This document shows positions 18,843 through 28,787 of a stretch of 64,000 bases of DNA, piece after piece; the first letter of the stretch is position 1; each line of letters begins with the position of its first letter. This stretch comes from an uncultured Alphaproteobacteria bacterium (GTDB taxonomy: Bacteria > Pseudomonadota > Alphaproteobacteria > ATCC43930 > CGMCC-115725), in assembly GCA_963807985.1 (NCBI GenBank), contig CAWEEA010000007.1, positions 178,120 through 242,119 on the forward strand. The letters run 5' to 3'. The notes beneath the pieces are model-generated. The model was not told where the DNA came from, did not search any database, and saw nothing but the letters and a program-made list of their open reading frames with translations. A program made the translations under genes and the position numbers.

Positions 18843-20174
18843 ATGGCGACAGAAACGGCGGCCCGTCCGATCGAGGCTCGCCTGCTGGACTTGTTTCGGC
18901 AACTGGGGATCGAGCGAGCTCACATCGCGGCCGGCGGCCCCCCTCCGCTTCTCGACTGGTGCAACTTGGCGACCCTTCATCCCGAGCGGGTCTCCTCCCT
19001 GACGCTGATTTCTCCGCCTATCCTCAACACGGTCCCCCTTGCGGGTTTGGCCTCTCGGCTGCTGACCGTCGCAGGAGATCGAGGCCAGCTGGCGCGCGGC
19101 GCGGCCAAACTTCTTGCCGATCTTCCGGGCGTGTCGTCACACATTCTGCGTGACTACGAATGGCACCCTTGGTCGGACGTCATCGCCGATCGTGGCGCAG
19201 AAATCGGCTCGGCCATGGTGGATTTTCTCGACCGCCATTCAATCCCGCCGGCCGCGTTTTCTGAAACGGAAGGCGAGGTCGCGAGCATTGCGTACAGCAT
19301 TCGCGGCGCCGGTCCGCCGCTCGTCTTGATGCCGCTTTCATTGGCGCCGTCGCAATGGCAACCCCTGATTGCGAGTCTCAGCGCGCGGTATTGCACGATC
19401 AGCCTGGGCGGGCCGCTCCTTGGCGTGGTCGGCGTCCTCGAAGAGCGGGGCCGCTCGAATTACCTGGCTCTTGTGCGAAGCGTTTTGGATGTGGTTGCAA
19501 TACGGCCGGGCGAGATGGTGCTCGAAATCGGCGGCGGGTCGGGGGTCGTCTTGCGCGAGATCGCGCGCCGCACCGCCGGCGCCAACCGCATCATCGACGT
19601 CGACATCAGCCCGTACCTGCTCCGCGAGGCGGCGTCCCTGGCAAGACAGGCGGGGTTGGCCGATTGTATCAGCTTTCAGGAGGGGCATGCCGAGGCGATC
19701 CCGCTCAGCGCCAACAGCGTCGATGTTGCGCTCTCGTTCACCGTAATGGAGGAAGGCGACGCCGACCGGATGCTTGCCGAATTAGTGCGGGTCACGCGCC
19801 CGGGCGGACGCGTCGCGGCCATCGTGCGTTCCCTCGACCTTCACCCTTGGACGAATGCAGCGCTAAGCCCCGCCGTCCGGGCCAAAGTCGATATGCCTGG
19901 AATGGGGGACGTTGCCCCAGCCGGGTGCGCCGACGCCTCTCTATATCAGCGCTTTCGTAGAGCAGGCCTCATCGGGTTGACCTGCTTTCCCCAGTTGGCG
20001 TCCGTCGACCCGCCCCAGATTTCCCGGATGGCTGTTATGAAGCCGAGAATTCTCACAACTCTCTCGGGAGAGGAAGGTGCCGAATGGGAATCTGCTGTCG
20101 CCCAGGCCGAAGCTGACGGGACGTTCTTTATCGCTACCCCCCATCACTGCGCGGTGGGCACCAAGCCGGGGTGA
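18843..20174 (+). CDS. fusion of a degenerate alpha/beta-hydrolase-like region with a class I SAM-dependent methyltransferase domain
   Basis: 443-aa ORF. MVLEIGGGSGVVLREIA...VDISPYLL...ANSVDVALSFTVME...RVTRPGGRV are methyltransferase motifs I-III. The N-terminal 200 aa resemble hydrolase-fold segments but no GxSxG was seen. Confidence 0.65.
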   Translation: MATETAARPIEARLLDLFRQLGIERAHIAAGGPPPLLDWCNLATLHPERVSSLTLISPPILNTVPLAGLASRLLTVAGDRGQLARGAAKLLADLPGVSSHILRDYEWHPWSDVIADRGAEIGSAMVDFLDRHSIPPAAFSETEGEVASIAYSIRGAGPPLVLMPLSLAPSQWQPLIASLSARYCTISLGGPLLGVVGVLEERGRSNYLALVRSVLDVVAIRPGEMVLEIGGGSGVVLREIARRTAGANRIIDVDISPYLLREAASLARQAGLADCISFQEGHAEAIPLSANSVDVALSFTVMEEGDADRMLAELVRVTRPGGRVAAIVRSLDLHPWTNAALSPAVRAKVDMPGMGDVAPAGCADASLYQRFRRAGLIGLTCFPQLASVDPPQISRMAVMKPRILTTLSGEEGAEWESAVAQAEADGTFFIATPHHCAVGTKPG

Positions 20175-20246
20175 CTGGACACCGCATAAGTCGGCACTGC
20201 GAAGGGATTAACGGCGGCAATCGATTACCGAAAGGGAGCGCTACCG

Positions 20247-21530
20247 ATGAAATTCGGGCTTTTCTACGAACACCAATTGCCGCAGCCTTGGGGCGAGGAT
20301 TCCGAGCTACGCCTTTATCAGCAAGCGCTCGATCAGGTCGAGCTCGCCGACCGGCTCGGCATCGATTACGTCTGGGAGGTCGAGCACCATTTCCTCGAGG
20401 AGTATTCGCACTCCTCCGCGCCGGAGGTGTTTCTCGCGGCCTGCTCACAGCGCACCAAACAGATCCGGCTCGGCCATGGCATCGCGCTGATGCCGCCCAA
20501 ATACAATCATCCCGCTCGGGTCGCCGAGCGGATCGCGACGCTCGACCTGGTGTCGAACGGCCGGGTCGAATGGGGCACCGGCGAGTCGGCAACAGCGGTT
20601 GAAATGGGCGGCTTTGGCGTCGATCCCGACGACAAGCGGGCGATGTGGCAGGAAGCGGCCGAGCAGGCCGCCAACATGCTGGCGATGCGGCCTTATCCGG
20701 GGTACCAGGGGCGCTGGTTCGACATGCCGTGCCGCAACCTTGTGCCGAAACCGGTGCAACGACCACACCCGCCGATGTGGGTGGCGTGCTCGCGGCGAGA
20801 GACCATCCACTTGGCCGCACGCAATGGGCTCGGCGCCCTGACCTTCTCATTTCTCGATCCCGACCAGGCGGCGAAGTGGGTCGAGGAGTATTACGACATC
20901 ATCAAATCAGCGGAATGCGTGCCGATTGGCCATCGCGTCAACCCCAATATCGCGATCGTCACCGGCATGTCCTGCCATCCGGACGAGGCCGAAGCGGTCC
21001 GCCGCGGGCTCGATGGGTTCCGCTTTTTCGGGTACTCGCTCGGTTATTACGCATTGTTTGGCGAGCACATGCCGGGCCGGACCGATCTGTGGCAGCGCTT
21101 TCTGCAGGTTAAGGACCAGCTACTGGATAATGCCGGGCGTGGCGGGATTGGCACCCCCGACCAATTGCGCGCACACCTAGCCCGCTACGAAAAGGCTGGC
21201 ATCGACCAGGTCATGTTCATCCAACAGAGCGGCGGCAACCGGCACGAGGATATCTGCGAGTCGCTCGAAATTTTTGCGTCTGAAGTGATGCCGGAATTCA
21301 AGGAGCGCGAGCAGGCGCGTGCGATGGAAAAGCAACGCGAACTGGTGCCCTTCATCGAGGCCGCACTGGCGCGCAAGCCGCGCATGCCGCCGGTCGAAGA
21401 CGCAAACATTCCGCGCGTCGAAGCGTTCGGACGCAAGGCTCCTTCGCCGCTCCTCAATTCCGATCGGGGCGGGGCGATATCGATCCCGACCATCGACCCG
21501 CTCGCAGCGCGCGAAGGCGCACAGCCCTGA
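20247..21530 (+). CDS. LLM-class (luciferase-like) flavin-dependent oxidoreductase
   Basis: 427-aa ORF. MKFGLFYEHQLP...GIDYVWEVEHHFLEEYSHSSAPEVFLAA... is the typical N-terminus of this class. Confidence 0.85.
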   Translation: MKFGLFYEHQLPQPWGEDSELRLYQQALDQVELADRLGIDYVWEVEHHFLEEYSHSSAPEVFLAACSQRTKQIRLGHGIALMPPKYNHPARVAERIATLDLVSNGRVEWGTGESATAVEMGGFGVDPDDKRAMWQEAAEQAANMLAMRPYPGYQGRWFDMPCRNLVPKPVQRPHPPMWVACSRRETIHLAARNGLGALTFSFLDPDQAAKWVEEYYDIIKSAECVPIGHRVNPNIAIVTGMSCHPDEAEAVRRGLDGFRFFGYSLGYYALFGEHMPGRTDLWQRFLQVKDQLLDNAGRGGIGTPDQLRAHLARYEKAGIDQVMFIQQSGGNRHEDICESLEIFASEVMPEFKEREQARAMEKQRELVPFIEAALARKPRMPPVEDANIPRVEAFGRKAPSPLLNSDRGGAISIPTIDPLAAREGAQP

Positions 21531-21737
21531 GCCAATGGGACCCTCGGACGGCTCGCGCGAAGGACCGGAACGTTAGGTTTCATAGGTACCCGCCGGTCAG
21601 CGTGCGAGATCAGCGGCAATTGGCCGACGCTCGACGCCAGCCCGTCGACCCCCCGGCCAAGCCAGGGCCGGGCCCAGGGGTGACGGGCGGATGTGCCGGC
21701 TCGTCGCTGCTTGTTCTCCGAGTTTCTTTAGCGACGC

Positions 21738-22064
21738 TTATTTGACTGCGGAGAAATTGGTTGGCTGCAGGATGCTGTTCTCGACTCGGGCGACGATCGC
21801 GCCGTTTTTTTCGGTCTCGGCGCGCTTGGTGTGCCATTCGGGGTCGGCCTGGAACGCGTTCCATTTCTTTTCGCGGTCGGCGAGCGATTCCCATTTGAGC
21901 AGGTAATAGAGCGCCTGGTTCGAGTCGCCGATTGCCGTGGTCCAGAACCCGGCCTGCTCGATGCCGTGCCGCTTCCAAATCCCCAAAGTGACCGTGTCGA
22001 AGCGCTTGAGAAGATCCGGCAGGCGGCCCGGCACGCAATGATAGACGCGCAGTTCATAGAGCAT
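21738..22064 (-). CDS. NIPSNAP-family protein
   Basis: 108-aa ORF reading MLYELRVYHCVPGRLPDLLKRFDT... Confidence 0.8.
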   Translation of the reverse strand: MLYELRVYHCVPGRLPDLLKRFDTVTLGIWKRHGIEQAGFWTTAIGDSNQALYYLLKWESLADREKKWNAFQADPEWHTKRAETEKNGAIVARVENSILQPTNFSAVK

Positions 22065-22079
22065 GTCTTTTCCTCGCTT

Positions 22080-22406
22080 TTACTTTACCGACGAAAAACT
22101 GGTCGGCTGCAGGATCGTGTTGGTGATCGACGCGACGATCTGGCCGTTTTTTTCGGTCTCGGCCCGCCCCGATATCCACGCTGGATCGGCCTGGAATCCG
22201 GCAAATCGCCGCGCCCGGTCGTCGAGCGATTCCCATTGCAGCATGTAATAGAGGTCCTGGTTCGACGACCCGATCGCCACCGTCCAGAATCCCGCCTGCT
22301 TGATCCCGTGCTTTTCCCACAATGGCAGGGTCAAGGTATCGAACCGCTTGATCAGGTCGGGCAGCCGGCCCGGGACGCAGTGATAGACTCGCAATTCATA
22401 GATCAT
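22080..22406 (-). CDS. NIPSNAP-family protein (tandem paralog)
   Basis: ORF 22080..22466. Start is taken at MIYELRVYHCVPGRLPDLIKRFDT after GGAGGAG. Colinear with its neighbour. Confidence 0.8.
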   Translation of the reverse strand: MIYELRVYHCVPGRLPDLIKRFDTLTLPLWEKHGIKQAGFWTVAIGSSNQDLYYMLQWESLDDRARRFAGFQADPAWISGRAETEKNGQIVASITNTILQPTSFSSVK

Positions 22407-22472
22407 GTCGTCTCCTCCGGACGATGAGCCTACACAATGCTGCCGCGGAGCGCCGCCGGCAAGCATGCCGGT

Positions 22473-23744
22473 TCAGCCGAGCCGGGCTTCGACCCAGGCG
22501 GCGGCGTCGAGCAAGGCCTCGTCGCCAAAACGTGCGCCGACCAGCTGGACGCCGAGCGGCAGGCCTTTCCCGCCGCTGCCGGCCGGCAGGGTCACGCACG
22601 GCGTCCATGCCAAGGTCCAGATCGCGTTGAAGCGCGCGTCGCCAGTCGAGCCCAACCCCTCGGGCGCCTCGCCGACCGCACTCGGCGTCAACAACACATC
22701 GAATTCGCCGAAGAGATCGTCGAGATAGCGGCGGAACATCTCGGCGGTCTCGATTGCCACGATATAGGCGGCGAGCGGCAGTGCCCGGCCCGGCGCCAGC
22801 AGCCCGTCGCGCAATGCCGGACTGAGCTTGTCGCCATGCACCTCGTATTCGTAGGCGTAGTTGCGCGCCGCCTCGAATTCGAAGATGCGGTGCTGGTAGT
22901 CGAGGATATCGGCCGGCGTCAGGGTCACGTCCTTGACCGCCGCCCCCGCCGCTGCGAGCTGGCTCGCCGTTCGTTCGAGCAGTGCATGGGTATCGGCGTC
23001 CGCGCGGTCCCACTCCGGCGTGCGGCAGAAGCCGATGCGAGGGGCGGCCGAGCGCCGGTCGACCGGGCGGAGCGGTTGCACCTGCAATACCGCGCGCATC
23101 AGCGCGACGTCATCGAGGCTGCGGCAGATGATGCCGAGCGTGTCGAGGTTGTGACACTGCATCTTGATGCCGACGCGGCTCAACTCGCCAAAGCTCGGTT
23201 TGTAGCCGATGAGCCCGCAGAATGCGGCCGGGCGGATCGTCGAACCTCCGGTCTGCGTCGCGAACCCGATCGGTACTTGGAAATCGGCGACCGCCGCGGC
23301 CGAGCCGCTCGACGAACCGCCCGGCGTGTGTGCCGGGTTCTGCGGGTGGACCGTTTCGCGCGGATGGCGGTTGGCGAATTCGGTCGTCACCGTCTTGCCG
23401 AGAATGACCCCGCCCGCCGCACGGGTCAGCGCCACGCAGGCGGCGTCGGCAAAGGGCCGATTGCCGCGGTAGATCGGCGAGCCGTGCTGGGTCGGCATGT
23501 CGTAGGTGTCGATTACGTCCTTGACCCCGACCGGAACGCCCTTGAGCAGGCCCGGCCGCCCGGCGCGGTCGGCGTCGCGCGCCTGGGCCAATACCAGCTC
23601 CGGGTCGAGCCAAACCCAGGCCTTGACCGAGGCGCGGGCTTCGGCGCGATCGAGGCAATCGCGGACCAGCGTCTCGGCGGTCAAGCTGCCGGTTTCGAGG
23701 CGGGCTGCCGCCTCGCTCGCGGTCAGCCGCTCGGCGCCGCTCAT
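22473..23744 (-). CDS. amidase (amidase-signature family)
   Basis: ORF 22473..23774. GGSSSGSAAAVA signature. Start MSGAERL overlaps the upstream stop (ATGA). Confidence 0.85.
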   Translation of the reverse strand: MSGAERLTASEAAARLETGSLTAETLVRDCLDRAEARASVKAWVWLDPELVLAQARDADRAGRPGLLKGVPVGVKDVIDTYDMPTQHGSPIYRGNRPFADAACVALTRAAGGVILGKTVTTEFANRHPRETVHPQNPAHTPGGSSSGSAAAVADFQVPIGFATQTGGSTIRPAAFCGLIGYKPSFGELSRVGIKMQCHNLDTLGIICRSLDDVALMRAVLQVQPLRPVDRRSAAPRIGFCRTPEWDRADADTHALLERTASQLAAAGAAVKDVTLTPADILDYQHRIFEFEAARNYAYEYEVHGDKLSPALRDGLLAPGRALPLAAYIVAIETAEMFRRYLDDLFGEFDVLLTPSAVGEAPEGLGSTGDARFNAIWTLAWTPCVTLPAGSGGKGLPLGVQLVGARFGDEALLDAAAWVEARLG

Positions 23745-25036
23745 CTCGCGTCTCCCAACCGGCGCTCGACCCATAACCCGGTTTCCAAGAGCCTGGCGTC
23801 ATCGTGACGGCGGCCGACCAGCTGGATACCGACCGGCAACCCGTCCGGCCCGTGCCCGGCGGGGAGGGTGAGACCGGGCATCGCGAATTGCGTCCACAAC
23901 GCGTTGAATACCGCCGAGCCGGTGTCGGCGAGCCCGCGAGGCGCCTGACCAGGCGCCGGCAGGGTCAGGATCGCGTCGAACCCCGCGGCCCATTCCCGTG
24001 CGGCTATGCGCGCCTTTTCCGCCGTGCGGCAGGCATTGCGGAATTGGTCGAGGGTCAACCTGCGTCCGAGCGCGATCTTTTCCTCGCGCAAACGTGGGCT
24101 CAGCAAGGCTTCGTGGCGATAGAGCTCGGGCATGTGGTTGCGCAGCCCCTCGAAGGCGCCGAGGATTTGCTGGATCTCGTCGGCGTCGGCGCATTCGGAT
24201 GGCAAAGCGGCGTCGGCGATTGTCGCACCGGCGGCGGCGAGCCGGTCGGCGGCGGCTTCGAGCACGGCTCGTCCTTCCGGCTCGGCGTCGTCCCAATGCG
24301 GGCCGCGGCACAGGCCGAGGCGAGGCGGGGTCTCCGACATCGAAGGCGGCTCATATGGGATCGCCATCATTGCCGCGCGGAACAGGGCGATGTCGCCGAC
24401 CGAGCGCGCCATGATGCCGACCGTATCGAGGGTTTCGGTGTTGATCCGCATGCCGGCCGGCGGGAACAGGCCAAAGCTCGGCTTGAACCCGACGACCCCG
24501 CAATAGGCGGCAGGGCGAATGACCGATCCGCCGGTCTGGGTCCCGATCGCCAACGGCACCATGAAATCGGCGACCGCCGCCGCCGAGCCGCTCGATGAGC
24601 CACCCGGCGAAAAGGCCGGGTCGTGCGGCTTCGAGGTCGGACCGGGCTGGCGATTGGCGAATTCGGTCGTCACCGTCTTACCGAGCAGGATCCCGCCCGC
24701 CGCTTTGGGCAGCGCCGCCGCACTCGCATCGCTCGGCGGCCACCACCCGGTATAGATCGGCGAGCCGTAGGTCGCCGGCATGCCGGCAGCATCGAAGATG
24801 TCTTTGATGCCGAACGGTATGCCGCCGAGCAGCGCCTTTCTTCTAGCGCGGTCGAAGGCGCGCGCCTGGGTGAGCGCCGCCGCGCCGGCAAGATACGCCC
24901 ACGCCCTTACCACCGGCTCGCGTTCGGCTATCCGTTCGAGACAGCTCGCCACCACCGCCTCCGCGGTCAGGCCCCCGGCCTCGATCAGGCGGAGGATATC
25001 GGTCGCAAACAAGCGGTGCGGTTCGACATTCGGCAT
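23741..25036 (-). CDS. amidase (amidase-signature family, tandem paralog)
   Basis: ORF 23741..25075. GGSSSGSAAAVA signature. Start is taken at MPNVEPHRLF. Confidence 0.85.
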   Translation of the reverse strand: MPNVEPHRLFATDILRLIEAGGLTAEAVVASCLERIAEREPVVRAWAYLAGAAALTQARAFDRARRKALLGGIPFGIKDIFDAAGMPATYGSPIYTGWWPPSDASAAALPKAAGGILLGKTVTTEFANRQPGPTSKPHDPAFSPGGSSSGSAAAVADFMVPLAIGTQTGGSVIRPAAYCGVVGFKPSFGLFPPAGMRINTETLDTVGIMARSVGDIALFRAAMMAIPYEPPSMSETPPRLGLCRGPHWDDAEPEGRAVLEAAADRLAAAGATIADAALPSECADADEIQQILGAFEGLRNHMPELYRHEALLSPRLREEKIALGRRLTLDQFRNACRTAEKARIAAREWAAGFDAILTLPAPGQAPRGLADTGSAVFNALWTQFAMPGLTLPAGHGPDGLPVGIQLVGRRHDDARLLETGLWVERRLGDAR

Positions 25037-25161
25037 TGGCGCAGTCCCCCCGGGCGAGCCCCGGCACTCTATCACTTTATTTAGCCACAGCGCCGAGCAA
25101 CCCGCATGCGCGAACTTTCTTTGATCTCCTTCCCGTGCGAAAGCGACCCAAGGCTAGGAGG

Positions 25162-25830
25162 TCAAGGGGCCAGCACTTGCACAGTGACGGCGACATCCGC
25201 GGTAGTGTAGCCGGGGGCTGAGGCGGTCAGGTGGATAGTCTGCGGGCCGGCCGCGATCGTGCCCGTCCACGTCGTCGTCAAATAATAGGTGCCGGCGTTC
25301 GTATTGGTGTTGCTGACCTTGAAGTTCAGGTTGTCGCTAGTCCAGGTGACACCGCTGTCCAGATTGCCGATGGTCCCGTTTTCTTGTGAGACGACAAGAG
25401 AAGATGCGATGGTCGCCGACGGCGAGTTATCGTAAACCGGCCCCACCGGGGTGGCGGTGACAAGCATCTCCTGGGCCGCCATGGTGCCCGTCACAGTGAC
25501 GGTCAACGCTTTGGACCCGGGTGTATAGCCTGGCGCCGAAGCGGTGATCGTCATTGCCTGGGGGCCGGGAAGGATGATGCTTTCCCAACCGGTGTGAAGA
25601 TCGCCGAAAAAGTCGGTGTAGAAATCGGGGTTGTTAACCGACCAAGTAACCCCGGACATCACTCTTGCCCCAGCGCTGTTAAACGCCATGGGGGCGCCAA
25701 CGACCGTGCCATAAGCGGCGGTGTTAGCGACGGTGGGGTTTCCCGCGAAGTTGATCGTCAGCGGACCCGCGGCTTGAGCATGGGCCGCCGGGAGGACGAG
25801 TGCGGCGAGTAAGAACAGGCGCTTTAACAT
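25162..25830 (-). CDS. exported protein with two tandem beta-sandwich (Ig-like) repeats
   Basis: 222-aa ORF with a signal peptide (LFLLAALVLPAAHAQAAG). Internal repeat: GVTWSVNN...MTITASAPGYTPGSKALTVTVTG versus GVTWTSDN...IHLTASAPGYTTADVAVTVQV. Confidence 0.6.
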   Translation of the reverse strand: MLKRLFLLAALVLPAAHAQAAGPLTINFAGNPTVANTAAYGTVVGAPMAFNSAGARVMSGVTWSVNNPDFYTDFFGDLHTGWESIILPGPQAMTITASAPGYTPGSKALTVTVTGTMAAQEMLVTATPVGPVYDNSPSATIASSLVVSQENGTIGNLDSGVTWTSDNLNFKVSNTNTNAGTYYLTTTWTGTIAAGPQTIHLTASAPGYTTADVAVTVQVLAP

Positions 25831-26239
25831 GTCACGTTCCTCGAAAAGATAGTCCCCGCGCCGAAGTTTGGGAGGAAAATATTTCCTCTAGATTAAACTT
25901 CGATCACTTCTGGGAATTCCGAAGAAACCGGATAGCGTTACTGCAACAGTCTCCGACGATTAGTCGATTTTTATCTAAATGGCGACGGAAGTCGTCCGTC
26001 CGTTCAGGGGGCCATTAAAGACAAAAACTTGCTAAGTGCTTTTATCGCTACGGGAAAGTAAACGCGGCGAGCGTCAATTTATAGTTGGTGAACCGGCGTC
26101 TGATGTCAGCACCCGGTCACACCTTCCCCTCCTGCCTCGCCAACAACGCACTAGCCGGCACGACGCTCAATTCAAGCAAGCGTGGGACTGAAAGGCGCGC
26201 GGCGCATTCCGGCTTTTTCCGAGACCGGGCATGCCCGCT

Positions 26240-27565
26240 TCACGCCGGATTGATTTCCTCGGCACGGCGGAGAAAGCGTCGGTTCGGGGCGCTGCGCGGG
26301 CGGGTCGCAAGACGCTCGTGAGCGAGCGACAAGGCGACGTCACGCTGACCGGCGCGCACCGCTGCCTCGGTCAATGTCCAGTCGACGACGTCGCGTTGCG
26401 CGTGGCTGCCGCCGATCTGCCATAGATCGACGCGAACCGGCAGCAGCAGTTCGACCGCCTCGGCATAAGCGCCGCGGTGGAACGCGGCGAGGCCCTCGAC
26501 CACCGGAATCCCAACGGTGCGATAGAGGCCGGCCGCTTCGACGCCGCTGGCCGCGGTCTGCTGCATCGCCTCGAGCCGCCGCTCGACCCGCGCGACCCGG
26601 CCCGAGCGCAACTCGGCCATCGCGGCGTGGATATCGGCGAAGACCAGGCATTTCCCGTCGGCGTGATGCTCCCACAGATCCACTTGCTCCCGCCAGCGCT
26701 CGCCGATGTCAACGCCGAGCATGTCGAGGCGCCACAGCAGCGCGGTGGCGTTGGTGAGGCTGAGCGCAAGAGCGCGTTGCGTGGCGCTCATCGGCCCGTC
26801 ATAGAGCGCGAGCGCGGCGTCGTACTGTCCGAGTTCGAGGTGGAACAATGCCTTGTGCCACCAGATATGGACCTGGTTCAGGTGGCCGGGGGTCGACCAC
26901 AGCGCCTCACGCGCCGCCATCCAGCCCAACCCGTCTTCCGGGCGCCCGGTCATTTCCATCACGTGGGCCACGGTGTGATGCGGCCAGAAACTCAACGGTT
27001 CGAGTTCGGCGGCGGCGCGTAATTCGTCCTCGGCGCGGGCGTAATCGCCGGCTTCCTCCGACCCGAACCCGTGGAAAGCCAACAGGGTGCCATAGCCCGG
27101 CCGGTCCTTGGACCACAGCGGCAGGGCACGCGCCGACCGATCCCGAACCCAAGGGAAGCGCCCCAGAAACCCGTCGATCAGCGCGGCAGCCTGATGCGCC
27201 ACAAGGTCGAACGGATAATGCATCAGGTGGCGGTCGAGCACCGCAACAGCGGCGGCCCGGGCGCCCTCGACCAGATGTGACAGAGCGGCGAGGTGGGCTT
27301 GCTCGCGTTCGTTCAACCTCAGGGGGCGGGCGGTTTCGACCAACGCCGCGGCCTGGGTCATCAGGCCAGGGTCATTGGCCAGGCCCAACACCCAAGCCTT
27401 TCCGAGATATGCCATCGCGAAGTCGGGCGCGGCCTCGTGTGCCGCGTCGAACAGAACGATCGAGTCGCCGTGAACCAGGTTAAACGCCCGCACCGCCTGA
27501 TCGTATGCGGTTACCGCCTCCGCCGTCGCGCCGGAGAGGTAATGTCCCTGAGCGTCCTGGGTCAT
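26240..27565 (-). CDS. tetratricopeptide-repeat (TPR) protein
   Basis: 441-aa helical-repeat ORF with recurring A/Y/L-spaced helices (e.g. AVTAYDQAVRA, MAYLGKAW, YDAALALYDG). Confidence 0.7.
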   Translation of the reverse strand: MTQDAQGHYLSGATAEAVTAYDQAVRAFNLVHGDSIVLFDAAHEAAPDFAMAYLGKAWVLGLANDPGLMTQAAALVETARPLRLNEREQAHLAALSHLVEGARAAAVAVLDRHLMHYPFDLVAHQAAALIDGFLGRFPWVRDRSARALPLWSKDRPGYGTLLAFHGFGSEEAGDYARAEDELRAAAELEPLSFWPHHTVAHVMEMTGRPEDGLGWMAAREALWSTPGHLNQVHIWWHKALFHLELGQYDAALALYDGPMSATQRALALSLTNATALLWRLDMLGVDIGERWREQVDLWEHHADGKCLVFADIHAAMAELRSGRVARVERRLEAMQQTAASGVEAAGLYRTVGIPVVEGLAAFHRGAYAEAVELLLPVRVDLWQIGGSHAQRDVVDWTLTEAAVRAGQRDVALSLAHERLATRPRSAPNRRFLRRAEEINPA

Positions 27566-27572
27566 GGTTGGC

Positions 27573-27941
27573 TCAATAGGTGGAGATCTCGATCGAGTTC
27601 TGATCCGGGTCGTCGATATAGACCGATTGAATCGTACCGATCGCCCCGGCGCGGGGTCCCTGCATCCGCACTGGCACGCCGCATTGTTCGAGATGGGCCG
27701 CGACCTCGCCCATCGGCGCCTCGGTGATAAAGCAGATATGCGCCGGCATCCGCTTTTCTCCGCTCATCGCCATGGCGCCGCCGGCGGCATCGAGGTGGAT
27801 TTTCTGCTGGCCGAAATGCAGCGCCGCGCGGCCTTCGCCCATGCTCTCGATCTCCATGCCGAGCACGCGCTTATAGAACTCCACACTGCGGTCCATATCG
27901 GCGACGGTGATGTTGAGATGGTCTATGCGTTCGATCTTCAT
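27573..27941 (-). CDS. VOC/glyoxalase-family protein
   Basis: ORF 27573..28076. Start is taken at MKIERIDHLNITVADMDRSVEFYKRVLGM. Ends ...YIDDPDQNSIEIS. Confidence 0.8.
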   Translation of the reverse strand: MKIERIDHLNITVADMDRSVEFYKRVLGMEIESMGEGRAALHFGQQKIHLDAAGGAMAMSGEKRMPAHICFITEAPMGEVAAHLEQCGVPVRMQGPRAGAIGTIQSVYIDDPDQNSIEISTY

Positions 27942-28099
27942 GGCCGGCCTCGTCGGTTTCGAGAAGATCGACAGCTTGCCACGGCGCGGAGCCTCCTGCC
28001 AGCCCAACCGCGCGAGCCGATCATGTTGCGGCTTTGACGAAGCCGGCTTGCTGCGATGGCGCATGTGAAAAGGCAAGCGCCTATCGCCAGGAGGTCGCG

Positions 28100-28410
28100 C
28101 TAATCGACCGTTAGCGTGAACTGCGAATTCGCGGAGCCGACCTCACGGCGAACGAAGATGATCTTGCCCGAAAGCTTATGGGTATCGATGATCGTCAGAA
28201 ATTTGAAACCCGGACCACCTGAATCCGATATCTGCAGTCCGCCGCTCCCCGAGGCGAACTGGGCGTCGGTACCGGCAAAGAGGCCGAGATTGGTGCCGGA
28301 GGTATTGTTCTCGAACGCGATCTTCAAGACGGCATGAACTCTGTATCGACCGGCATCCCGGTGACGAGATACTTTCCGCTGCTTCCGACAGTACCCGTTA
28401 TGGTAAACAT
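28100..28410 (-). pseudogene. small (~103 aa) hypothetical protein with a single frame break as assembled
   Basis: ATG at complement 28408-28410 follows GGGAGG. MFTITGTVGSSGKYLVTGMPVDTEF (frame of ORF 28324..28566) continues as HAVLKIAFENNTSGTNLG...SQFTLTVD (frame of ORF 28100..28432). The switch is near 28335 and is consistent with one missing C. Confidence 0.5.
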
Positions 28411-28662
28411 GGTCGCCTCCCGATTGGGCCAAAGACTAAGTGGCAGACATGTGCTGTAAGGATATCCATGCGCCCGCGCCCAGCAGTATGGTCCCGGGAA
28501 GGGGTCGAGGGTGTGAGGCCGCTCACACTTCGACAAATTTTTGTTAAGGGGCAGATCACTCCGCAAAGGCCGATTTCACGAGGCTGCTATTGACGGTCTC
28601 GGCCGGTTGCGCCGCAGGTTGTGGGCGACTATCATCGGCTCTTCGGCGGGAGCCGTCCCGGT

Positions 28663-28740
28663 CGGAGCGTAGCGCAGCCTGGTAGCGCATCAGCATGGGG
28701 TGCTGAGGGTCGAGAGTTCGAAATCTCTCCGCTCCGACCA
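28663..28740 (+). tRNA. tRNA-Pro (anticodon GGG)
   Basis: Hand-folded cloverleaf: acceptor CGGAGCG/CGCTCCG, D arm GCGC-AGCCTGGTA-GCGC, anticodon arm TCAGC-ATGGGGT-GCTGA, T arm GAGAG/CTCTC, then ACCA. The T-loop reads TTCGAAAT (8 nt), one longer than canonical. Confidence 0.85.
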
Positions 28741-28787
28741 ATCCCGTCTCCCTCGCCGCTGGCCGAAGCACCGACGAGGAGGACGGC

